Shown here piece after piece: positions 34,476-45,033 of a stretch of 64,000 nucleotides of DNA. Within the stretch, counting starts at the first letter, position 1. Every line of letters starts with the position of its first letter. The position numbers were made by a program, and so were the translations under genes. Where the stretch lies: contig CM060734.1 in assembly GCA_030704615.1 (NCBI GenBank), positions 1,178,001-1,242,000 of the forward strand, given 5' to 3'. Below the pieces are notes generated by a model. That model saw only the letters and a program-made list of their open reading frames with translations. It ran no database searches and was not told the DNA's origin. Source of the DNA: Takakia lepidozioides. Its lineage: Eukaryota; Plantae; Bryophyta.

Positions 34476-37212
34476 CGTATGTGCGGGGATTACCGGCCTG
34501 TAAATCGTCAGACCAAGTCCGATAGATATGCCATGCCAACGCCAGAGGAGATCTTTGATGCCATTGGGCATGCCAAGATCTTTAGCACTTTGGATTTGTG
34601 ATCCAGATATCACCGGTTGCCGATCATGGAGGCGGACCAGCAGAAGACGACGTTCTGGGGATCAATGAGCATGGCAAGGATTGTCTATATCAGTGGTGAT
34701 TCTTACCATTCGGGCTGAAGAATGCTCTTACAAAGTTCCAGATAGTCATGGACAGGATTAGAACTGGCAGGGGTGGAATTTGCTCGGTGCTACATAGATG
34801 ACATCATCATCTTCAATGCTAGAATGGAGGAGCATGAGAGACACCTTCAAGTGGTATTTGAGCGCTTGAGAGCACACAGATTGAAGTAACATCCGGGGAA
34901 GTGCAAGTTTTTCTACAACCAGATTGAATATCTGGGTCACATGATATATCCTGGAGGTTTGGGGGTACAACAGACTAAGGCAGAGGCCATTGCACAGATT
35001 CCACGCCCCACGGATATGAGCCGAGTTCGAGTCATGGGGTTGGCAAACTACTATCGACGGTTTGTCAAGGGATTTAGTGCTATTGCAAAGGCTCTAACCA
35101 AGCTCACCAAGGTGGACAATGAGTGGCAGTGGGAAGATGAGCAGGAACAAGCTTTTCAGGAACTCAAGGCGAGGTTGACCTTAACACCTATCTTGAGACG
35201 ACCTATCAGGGGGCGTCATTTTCTGTTGCATACGGATTGGAGCATGCTGGGGCTTGGAGCGGTGCTCACACAGGTGGATGATGAGGGGAGAGAGTTCGTA
35301 GTGGCTTATGCTAGTCACTCAAACAACGTTGTAGAGGTAAAGTATAGCTCATACGAGGGAGAGTGCTTAGCTGCAGTGTGGGCCGTGACACACTTCAGGT
35401 GCTATCTATATGGGAATCTCTTCACCCTTGTCACGGATCACCAGCCACTCAAGTGGCTGATGGAGTCAGACAAGCTTACGGGGAAGCTTGCACGGTGGGC
35501 ACTCATACACCAGGAGTATGATTTTCAGATGGTACATCGACCCGGTTTGGTCAATCGGGATGCGGATGGGTTGAGTCGCAATCCATGCACGGGCCAGCAG
35601 GATGACACGAGCTTAGTGGCATGGTGAGACGAACGAGGAGATGGTGCCCGGATGGTACACATTTGCATTTCTGTGTATCTTGGCAGCGGAAGGTTAGTTT
35701 AGACCTACAACAGGGATGACTGTAGACCAAGTGTCTAAGGACCCTGCTCGGCCAGCAACGAGCAAGGTAGCGCCAAAGATATACACGAGGATTCAGCTGT
35801 GTTGGACTATCTCCGCACTGGAGACACGACAGCCACTGTGACTGCTAAGGAGAGGGATTAGATCTTGCAACGAGCCAAGAGGTTCAAGTGGGAGGGGACA
35901 CACCTGCTCCGAGTATGGGAAGATGGTCGAGTGAGGATTGTGCCTCACCCAACACAGTGGGCACGGTTAGTGCGACATGCCCATGAGGAGTTGGGGCATT
36001 TTGGGGTGCGACGCACTCACAATTTACTGTAGGGGCAATATTGGTGGCGTGGTATGCAAATGGAGGTGCAACAATTTGTGGTTAGGTGCATGGTGGGTAA
36101 TAGGGTGTGTGCTTCATTCAACGCCCCTACACCACAATTGCACCCTCTTCTGATCATGGGATTGAGCTACAGGTGAAGTCTTGACTTTGAAGGGCCGTTG
36201 TCACTGACCATGCGCCACAACAAGTACGTGTTGGTGATGGTGGAGCACTTCTCCAAATGGATTGAGTTGGTTCCATTGCCTAATAAGGAGGGAGCTGCAT
36301 ATGCATTCTTGGATCGTGTACTTAGCCGATTCGGTGCTCCAGCTGAGGTACTCACGGACCAAGGGAGAGGGTTCTTGGGGGAGTTTCAGGCGTTGTGTGA
36401 CAAAGCCTTGATAGACCACCGCACCATTTTTCGGGATCATCCTGAGGCCGATGGCTTCACAGAGAGAGTTGTGCAGATGGTTAAGAGGGGTTTGCGCAAG
36501 TATGGCTTGTAGAAGGGACACCTTGGAGATTGGGACCTTCAGCTACTTTGGTTGGCCATGAGCTACAGGTTTAGCAAACAAGCATTACTTGCCTCGTTCT
36601 TGCCTTATTTCCTTCTCTTTGGCCGAGAGCCAGATTTGCCGGCATCTATTCGTAGGAAGGCTGGAGTAGTCCTCAATCTGACGATCCAGATGTGTGGGCA
36701 CGTGCATGTGATCAACGCGCGGAGTTGTTCAAGAAGGTCATGCCCATGGCTTTCGAGAACCTTGCCATTGCACAACACCGCAATACGTTGAGGTATGCCA
36801 CTATACGTGGTGGAGGCTATCATCTTGGGGTTCGGAGATTTCACCCTGGTGACTATGGTTATGTGTAGCAGACTGCTCCGACGACCCTGGATGTAACTGC
36901 AGAACGTATTATTTTGAGGGTTCAAGAGGTGTTGCCCTCAGGCGTCCTGACCTTGGAGGGTCGGGATGGCATGACTTGGAAGGACCATGTGCGTAATTGC
37001 GCGTCATGTCACATTCCAAATGTCGATGGCAGGATTGACCCAAACTTGCCAGTGGTACCTGTAGGTTTGAGGTGCATGTTGTGTGGGTCTGCAAGAGGGC
37101 AGCCACCATGCTAGTGTGTGATCGATGCTCAAGAGGTTGGCACATGTGATGCTTGACACCACCTCTTGAAATGGTTCCTGATGAGGATTGGTTATGTCCA
37201 TGTTGCATTGGA
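34476..37212 (+). pseudogene. pol: RT-RNase H-integrase-PHD of the DNMT-bearing retrotransposon
   Basis: MCGDYRPVN, CYIDDIII, LHTDWS, SSYEGECLAAVW, LTDQG and PEADG, then C4HC3 CMLCG...LVCDRCSRGWHM*CLTPPL..VP..DWLCPCC. Confidence 0.9.
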
Positions 37213-37480
37213 TAATGGTAGTGGATACAACCATGGAAGGCTAACAAGAAACGCAAGGCCAAGCTACTAGGAGACCAATACACGAGATCCCTGACTCAAG
37301 TTCACAGATTGCAAGACGGCGACTAACGATGGGGCTACTCTTGTACCTGGCCCCTTGGTCTATATAAGAGTTTGAATACAATAGGGACAGTGGTAGAGGA
37401 CGTAACAAGGCTGTGGCTATTACATATTGCAGCTATCTGGCGCTAGAGGGACCTAACCACCAGCTAGGGGGGCGATTGTT

Positions 37481-38005
37481 GCAGACTAGTGTGTGGTGTG
37501 CATATGTAATGTGTGGATTGGACAACGATGTAGTTGTGTAGCGATATGTATGCGCACAACAGCTGTCAAGTGGATTTTGATGCTAGTTAAATTAACTAGT
37601 TCACTAGTTAATGTGAAACTAGTTAATTTACTAGTTAGTATGAAACTATCTAATTTAAGGTAGCTAGTGTGAAACTAGCTAGGAAATAACTAGTTGTTGT
37701 ATTGACATTTGAGTTTGCCCAAGTGCCAATCCAAGGCCCAAAATTAATAATGGGCCCTGGGGGGAGTTATCCTCGCGTCAGACGCGGTGAGGCTCATCTC
37801 TATCGAGTTGAGCCTCACCACGTCTCGCAGCTTAGCTATGGCGTTCTGTACGGTTGATTCCCCAGAGCCTTGGGGTGTAGTGGGCTTAACCAAGTATGAG
37901 TGATTTTTGTGTGTCATTATCATTGTGGCAGACTAGTGTGTGGTGTGCATAGTAATGTGTGGATTGGACAACGATGTAGTTGTATAACGATATGTATGCG
38001 CACGA
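37481..38005. repeat. ~80-bp direct repeat (37481-37558 and 37928-38005) bracketing an ACTAG-rich tract and a 17-bp-stem hairpin (37780-37825)
   Basis: GCAGACTAGTGTGTGGTGTGCATA...GATATGTATGCGCAC occurs twice. The hairpin stem is AGACGCGGTGAGGCTCA / TGAGCCTCACCACGTCT. Confidence 0.8.
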
Positions 38006-38890
38006 CATATGGTTTTTTATCAGCGACAACCAAATTCAAAGATACATGGGTGGTGGAGGTAGAAGTCTTGAATGGTGGAAATGAGAATGCTCTTGGACCA
38101 CTACGAGTGTTGTTAATCCCATCTTCATCTGCTCTGATTTTAATGGAGAAACAAGTTTTGGCTGCCTTTCTTGAGCCCCTATTACAAGATCTGGAGTCCA
38201 TGTTCTTGGTTGGCATTGACGTATCTATGGGTATCCATCTCGTCTAATTTCTTCACGCATACTTGCTTGTGATGGCAATGGACATTCGAAAATACGTGCG
38301 ATGTTGATGTTATGGACAGGTGATCACCCTGCCCAATGCAAAGTTGGGGGCTTTAAAGATGTTGGATATCATGCATGTCGACGAGATCACATGCTAGCAA
38401 AGGTGGTTGGACGTCAGGTTGTGTACCCAGACAATAGACGCCAAGCCCAGTACCCCCCTCCAAAACGTAGCATTCACATTATTCTTTTGGAGCTAGAAGA
38501 AGTGGGCCTTGAAGCCAGAGATAGGTGTGTCACAGGGAAGTCAAAGCTTTGGCGATTGTTTTATCTGCATGGGTTTGACTTGTCATGTGACCTTGTATAC
38601 GACTGCATGCACATTCTTCCTTTGTGTGTATTTAAGAAGTACGTGAAGAAGTTCAGGCATAGGTGCAAAAGACGGGAGGTAGAGTTACAAACTGCCCTGC
38701 AAGAAATCACAGCAAGGAGGCCCTTTGAGCTAGGGGCGCGGTGGCCATCTCACATAGTGGAGCGACTGGGATATTGGAAAGCTGAAGAATATATACTTTT
38801 CATTTCTTGGTGCTTGCCATATATCCTAGACCGAATGAGGTTTATCAAAGATGACAAATTGTGTGCAATAGGTCTCATTTTGGTTGAGAG
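38000..38890 (+). pseudogene. CACTA/CMC-superfamily (En/Spm Tnp2-like) transposase fragment
   Basis: FLEPLLQDLE, LWTGDHPAQCKVGG..GYHACRRD, YDCMHIL, LGYWKAEEY. Confidence 0.75.
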
Positions 38891-39783
38891 CTCCTATTCT
38901 GTCGGTTAACAGCGATATTCCATCAATGACGAAGGTCAACAAAGGTTAGCAATAACATTTTACCATGCCCAACGAACCTGCCCAATAAAAGCACCTACGG
39001 CCAACGAAGGTGGCAATGTCCGCGGTGGTAGATCGCGGACTGGTTACCAGATGGAGAAAATCTGCGCAACACATATAGCCACCCACCTGCATCCGCCGAA
39101 TGTCCAAGCTGGACCCGGTCGGGAAGGATAACCTAAGCACAAATACCAATTTAACACTTATATCCATTTAATGTTCGTCCACCTTCGTCCAACTTGGGTC
39201 GATATCGGAATTCATAGCAGAAAAATCCGGGGAGAGCTCATATTATGTCACGTAACATCGCATTTCCATCAGTAAGGAAGGTCAGCTTCGTTCACCATAG
39301 GTCTTGGTCAACACCTGGGCAACCCTAGGTCCACATGCATGTAGGGTGTATGCATGTGGACCCAATTTCGAAATTGCCAGCATCATATGAGGTAATGAGG
39401 GTGTGATAAATGAATTGAGTCTGGGATAACTTACAAAACTCACACGACCTGGTTGAACTTGGCATTTGAAAAGCAGACCTGACACCTGCCTCTCAAACTC
39501 ATTAGACAAGCAATGGACAGACAACTGGTAATTCAAGCAGGTGTTGAGTATGTTCACTTTAACCTATGTCACTGCAATATCTTCCTTTCGACATGACCTT
39601 AAAGAGTATGTATTTTACAGAAAAAAATCCTCCGAGAACTACTGAGCCTTTAAGAATATGTAATTTACAGAACTCCAATTGTAAAATTGCCGATCATGCA
39701 TCTCAATGAAGCTTCACGTAGATTCAGTTTCAATGTGTACATGGTTGAGGCACAAAGATACACGGCACCCCACTAAGGCAGGC

Positions 39784-40522
39784 AGTTGCAGGGTTGAGTG
39801 GACCAAAAACGGCAGATCCTACTCCATGAAAGTCCATGATAAAAAAAAACAAAGTTGAGGATACTATCCCACAATATTGTTTTAGTGATAGTAATGGTAT
39901 ACTGAACATATTTAGTAAAGAGTCCTACCCCAAATATTAAAGATATAATTCATTAAATATTTTAGTCTATTATTTAGAGAAATTATGAAAAACTAAAAAT
40001 TAGAGTTTACAAAAACATTTCAATATGACACCTAGCCATTGGATATTATAGGTTTTTATACTTCTAGAAAAAAAATGACACCCAAAACCAAAAAACAAGA
40101 TGAGCTATGGACTTTTCAAAAAACGCCTATTGTTTTTACATATATTAGTCCATATAAGTCAAATGACAAATGATTTTGCCACTTCAAATCCATACCTATG
40201 ATGTGGACCAAAATGGCCACCTTATGTCCACATTTCAATGGAATTCACCAATGGCACATAGGAGAACTTGAGTCCATTGTAATTCCATTCATTGCGGTGC
40301 AGTCCACAATGACGGTGTTCAAAAGTCCATAGCGGAGTCATTTCTTATCGGATTCAGATTGGAGAGTTGCTATGGGTGCGTATTGAAGCTAGGAATCCAA
40401 TGACATATATATTTGCTGGTTTTAACGAGTTAATTCAATTTCAATCGATGACACCATGAATTGCAGTCATCTAAAATTGTGCTAGTAACGTCCATTTTGG
40501 TCCAGTCAACCCTGCATTCACC
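39784..40522 (-). mobile_element. 739-bp non-autonomous DNA element, copy 2
   Basis: Inverted copy of 13289-14028, flanked by direct repeat CAGGC (39779-39783, 40523-40527). Confidence 0.88.
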
Positions 40523-40600
40523 CAGGCCATGGTACTCAGACACAACATCCGCCAAAAAAAGACATCCACTGCTTAGCCCGTTCCCTTTCTGACAAATCTG

Positions 40601-42674
40601 CTATTTAGTAGTGTCCTCAGATCCCAAATCAATTACAAATTTTGGTAGATCATCGACCAGGCTATCGCTCATACTACTACTAGACAGTTCACATGCCTCA
40701 ATAGCCAACATATACACAAAGCTATTATTCCCAAACATAGATTTTTTCTTTGTCCACGTCAACTGGTCGTCCCACTCATTCTCTCGTATTGATGATGTCT
40801 GTCTTTGGGCCTCAGCCTCTGCGTAGATTGGGAGCATCGGAAACTGCTGTGGGGTCATGGGTATGTCAGCAGCGTACGTACACAAATCCTTCCTCTGCCT
40901 CCTCACATCTCTGTGCCTGCACAAATGCAGCCATATGGTCACACTCATAAAAAGAACAGAAAATGACAGACGAACCAATATTCATACAAGGTTAGTGAGA
41001 TGACTCACTCACACATCACCCTCGCCATCAAATGTGTCCACATACTTCACTGTAGGCCTTCTAGTAGGTGGCCCAGGATGTCGTCTTCTCTTCAGACAAG
41101 TGTCCATCATAGGCTTCAAAACGTCATCGAACACCTCAAAGTCGCTCTCCATTGCAACAATGTGTCTGCTTGATGTGGTTGCGGCTTTCACCGAGTTTCC
41201 TACAACAACAACGAAGTCGGCCAATAAAAGATAACCCATTTCCAGTTTTAAGAGAAGCAGACATATGCATAACGATGGGCCCCTTAATAGTAGTGTATTT
41301 ACAAAAGATTGAAGCATAAGGAGTGAATTAATATTACCTGTCGAAGCAGTCAAATCCAAAACCTTGGCCCCCTCAGCTGAACATTGCTCCATGATTGTTT
41401 GGTAGAATGCGGGGGACTTCTCCTTGCGACCTCTATAAGGATAACCATTTGGTGACATTGTCATCTCAGATGCGGGTAGAAAAATGCCGCAACATATTAG
41501 CGGAGAAACACTCCGGATATTTCGATAGCACACAACCTTGGTCACTGATTTCAAATCGTGTGCAAGTCCCGAGCACCAAACAATGGACGTCGAAGAATAG
41601 CGTATGTGCAGGAACATAGGAAAGGATTACATTTGGAACACTTATAGAATAATATACAAAACTATTGCAAGGCATAACAAAAGTGATAACCTTTCCTGTA
41701 TTGCACCTCAATTGTCTGTCATTGATGCACGTCCAAGTCCTGAACACTGTCATATCCCTTTTTTTTTGTGCCTTCGAATCGCCGTACGGAGATCGGTTGG
41801 CGCGACCAGAATAAAACATCTGTTGTCCTCTAGGAAATGGTATGCAATGTCAAATGCATGTTCTCATGTTCTCATGGGAATACTCTTTCCACACAGGAAC
41901 ATGACCAACCTCCGAGCCTACTGCAAGACCAACAAGATCAACAACATGACCGTCTGGAAGCTCGCAGAAAATAATATTGGCGGTTACAGGTATACCCGTT
42001 TTCTCACGATTTGCAAATGATTCAGTCTCCAATGCAGAAAGAAACTTGTAGATTGAGACAATCAAAGTCTCATTCTTTTCAGATCTACATAGTTTTGCCA
42101 ATGTCTCCAGATCCCCCTATACACACAGCGCGCCGCTGTAAGAGAACCAATGTACCTTGCAGACCAAACAATGTCCTCACCGCTACTCCCACTATGTCTT
42201 CTTTTCTTCTTGAGCTGCTCCCTATCATTTGCACTTCCTGCAAGCTTAGAGTCTCCACAATCCGAGCCAGTGGTTGCTTTCTCTCCCGCATTCCTCCCCT
42301 TCACTGTAATGTACTGTCTCCTTTTATTCTTTGCAATGGCTAATTCTACAGCTGCTACCCTTTCATCCTCCAAAGCAGTAGCAGTGTCCACGGCTTGTTT
42401 CAGTCGCAACTTCCGGTTGTTCGGCACACCACCGGGCTGCGTTATAGGATTCTCTTCACCAACCTTAGACTCCTCTTGGGTAATTTTCTCCCTCTCTCCC
42501 GGAGGACCGTCCTTTGGGGGGTAGTCCAGATACCACGGACACAAGTCAGCATGAAGTTGAGTCAGGTTGGCCGTCTAGTCTTTAGATAACATAGTGACTT
42601 TCTCATTTCCAAGGGTCGTCCACGCCTCAGCAACAAAAGGAAGATTGTCACTCTCGTAGATGTCAAGAAGATAC
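40601..42674 (-). pseudogene. Second, diverged N4/N6-methyltransferase-like accessory gene (3' half)
   Basis: CPWYLDYPP, NIIFCELPDG, PYRGRKEKSPAFYQTIMEQCSAEGAKVLDLTASTG|NSVKAATTSSRHIVAMESD. Introns 41337-41200 and 41012-40917 are at the same positions and phases as in 22392-27291. Confidence 0.7.
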
Positions 42675-42789
42675 CTACACAAACCAAATAACCAATTCAA
42701 TTTGTGCCAATAAGGTTCTCACATAGCATACTTGGGGGTAAGAACACTTAATCACACAAATGGGGGGGAATAAGAACGACTTCATGGAC

Positions 42790-43580
42790 CCTGTTACCCA
42801 CCTACGTCCACCGAAGGTGGGTGACGAGACATGAGAGTATAGGATCGACAAGCACAACCTCAAATCCCCAAAGAGAAATCAAATAATTTAAAAATGAAAT
42901 TGAATATCCTTGTTTTATGCCTTAATTGGGCCTGTCTAGGGCCCAGCTACGTCTACCGAAGGTGGGTGACAAGGCAGCAGGGTTGAGGGTCGAAAACATA
43001 ACCTAGACAACCTGAAAATGAAATCATGTAATTGAGGAAGAAAACTATTTTTCTCTGATTTACTGCATATCTGGCCATATACTAGGGCCTGACAAGGACA
43101 CGTACGTAGATGGGAGAGAAGACTAAATAACACTGGAGAGAAAACAATTATTAAAGTAAAACAATACATATTTTTCAATTTACTGCCAACCTGACTTTAT
43201 ATTGGGGCCTGTCAAGTTGGCAGTAAATTAAAAAATATGAATTATTTTATTTTAATTAATTGTTTTCTCTCCAATGTTATTTAGTTGATGTTGGGGCCTG
43301 TCAATGACCCACCTACGTCCACTGAAGGAAGGTGAACGAAGCTGGGTGACTTGATACAACTTATTTCTTTATCAGGGATTTGTTTTTTTGTTTTTTTTTA
43401 GGGTTTAGGATCGAAAATCTCTACCATAAATCGAATAATTACAAAGTGTACAAATTGATATAATTTTCTTCCTATGAGGAAGTATATTAGGGGCAGTATA
43501 CGACCCACCTGCGTCAAGTGAAGGTGGGTGACAGAAAGGATCTGGTTTTCTTGACCCACCTTTGTCCAACGAAGGTCCAT
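42790..43580. repeat. Dispersed palindrome ACCCACCTACGTCCACCGAAGGTGGGT (five copies) plus an ~70-bp-arm foldback at 43122-43285
   Basis: Copies at ~42796, 42942, 43307, 43503 and 43554, with degenerate copies at ~38993, 39081 and 39179. Foldback arms are TGGAGAGAAAACAATT...TTTACTGCCAAC and its complement. Confidence 0.8.
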
Positions 43581-43599
43581 TGCGATTGACGATATGTCT

Positions 43600-43790
43600 T
43601 CTCTAGGGCCGTAGTTTGAGGCGGTGAATCTGGCCCATTCATGGTCAGTTGAAGATGGGGATACGTGAGCGCCATTGGATGAGTGCCCGGTCATAGCAAT
43701 ATCTCTGTTGAAGTCCCCTGAGAGGATGGCATGGTGTTGCTGATAGTCCATATGGGTGATTGTATTGGTTATAGTGTGTAGTATGTCTTA
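43600..43790 (-). pseudogene. Small AP-endonuclease-like (LINE-type) fragment
   Basis: HAILSGDFNRD motif. Confidence 0.4.
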
Positions 43791-43794
43791 AATA

Positions 43795-44286
43795 GCAACC
43801 AAGCGGGAATCTGAATATATAGCTGCAACATTTAATTTGGATACCAGGAAAATAATTCATATTATTGCGGTCTATAAACCTCCAACACTACAATTTACTA
43901 TTTTCTTATCTCCTCTCAAAAAGCTCATTGATAATATCCCGCATACATGCCCAACAATAATAATATGGGATTTTAATGTAGATCTTTTACAAAATAACAC
44001 CGTAACAACAAATCAATTGTACAAATTCATGTTTTCTTTTCACATGCAACTCCAATTTCTAATTAGTACTATTATTTATGGATCTCAACTAGACCATGTT
44101 TGGACATATGCATGTCACCAACATTGCATATCTAGCATTACAGGAGCATATTGGACGGACCATAAACCTGTATTTATTGCTTTTAAATTACTTAATTACA
44201 TTCCTTACTACTAACATATATCATCATCATAATACTCTAATAGGTAGCCAGCATAAGGAGGAGCCATTACGCGACGAGCCGCTTGT
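43795..44286 (+). mobile_element. 3' remnant of an endonuclease-encoding Helitron/Helentron-like element
   Basis: AT-rich AP-endonuclease C-half (IAVYKPP, IIWDFNVDL, SQLDHVW, YWTDHKPV) ends in a stop with no RT after it. A GC-rich degenerate hairpin plus CTTGT lies at ~44260-44286. Confidence 0.55.
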
Positions 44287-45033
44287 TTTTTTCCTCTTGA
44301 ATATATTCTGGCCTTCCTCGGGCCAGTTTTATTTTTAAGAAAAAAAAGTACCCACGTACCTACCTACGTGGTAGGAAGGTCGGTAGGAAAGTCGGTAGGC
44401 AGGTACTGACAAGAATGCAAGACGCCACGTGGATGGAGAGTAGAGCGCGGGGGGCAGGGCAGCAAAGCCACCCGTCCCTCATCGTTCGTCGCCGCACAGA
44501 CTGCGGGCAATCGCTCATCTCCCTTACAGCGCCGCTCTGCATTGCACTTCTTGATCCGAGAGAAGTGTGAATCTCATGTAAAGATCATTCTTCCGGCGTC
44601 AGAGAATCCCAGTTGATCTATTCGTTTGCGTGTAGCAAGAGTAGGCGGAAGTTGAGTTGTGATGGATGCATACTTCATGGAAACGTTCACGTTGAGTTGT
44701 TTTGTAACCTTCCAGTGATACGCGTTGTCGTATCCATTTGTGATTTCCAGGATGGATCACTTGGTAGCCTGAACGAGACTTGTTGGCGGGACGATGCGGA
44801 AGATGGACATCTCAGGATTTCGAATCGCTCGCCTGCCTTCTGTCGAGTCTTGCTTTGTTGCATCTTATGTTTGCGGCGACCTCCCTTAAGTCAGAAAATT
44901 CATTATGGCGTAAACGGAGAATCTCGGAAGGGGAGAGAGTTTCTTTATCAGTGCATGAGTGGCCTCCATGACGAGGCCGGGAAGAAGCTGACGCACTCAG
45001 GCACATAAAGCTAAAAGCTGAGAGGGAATCAAA

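Larger units (their letters stand above)
10950..37476 (+). mobile_element. Ty3/gypsy LTR retrotransposon carrying a C5-DNA methyltransferase and PHD finger, split by four nested insertions; LTRs not recognisable and 5' boundary approximate
   Basis: Collinear gag (~10950-13288), protease C-half (14029-14340), DNMT (14600-15167 and 27517-27908), RT (28270-28573, 33107-33754, 34476-35140), RNase H (LHTDWS), integrase (36170-37000), PHD (37070-37210), and PPT-like AGGGGGGCGA at ~37466-37474. Confidence 0.88.

Noticed and set aside
37477-37560. 3' LTR of the DNMT-bearing retrotransposon
   Set aside because: TGT follows the PPT, but the sequence matches 37924-38005 rather than anything upstream of gag, so no LTR pair could be shown.
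13289-40522. One giant 27-kb element bounded by 740-bp TIRs
   Set aside because: Each copy has its own internal inverted ends and its own distinct 5-bp flanking repeat, so they are independent insertions.
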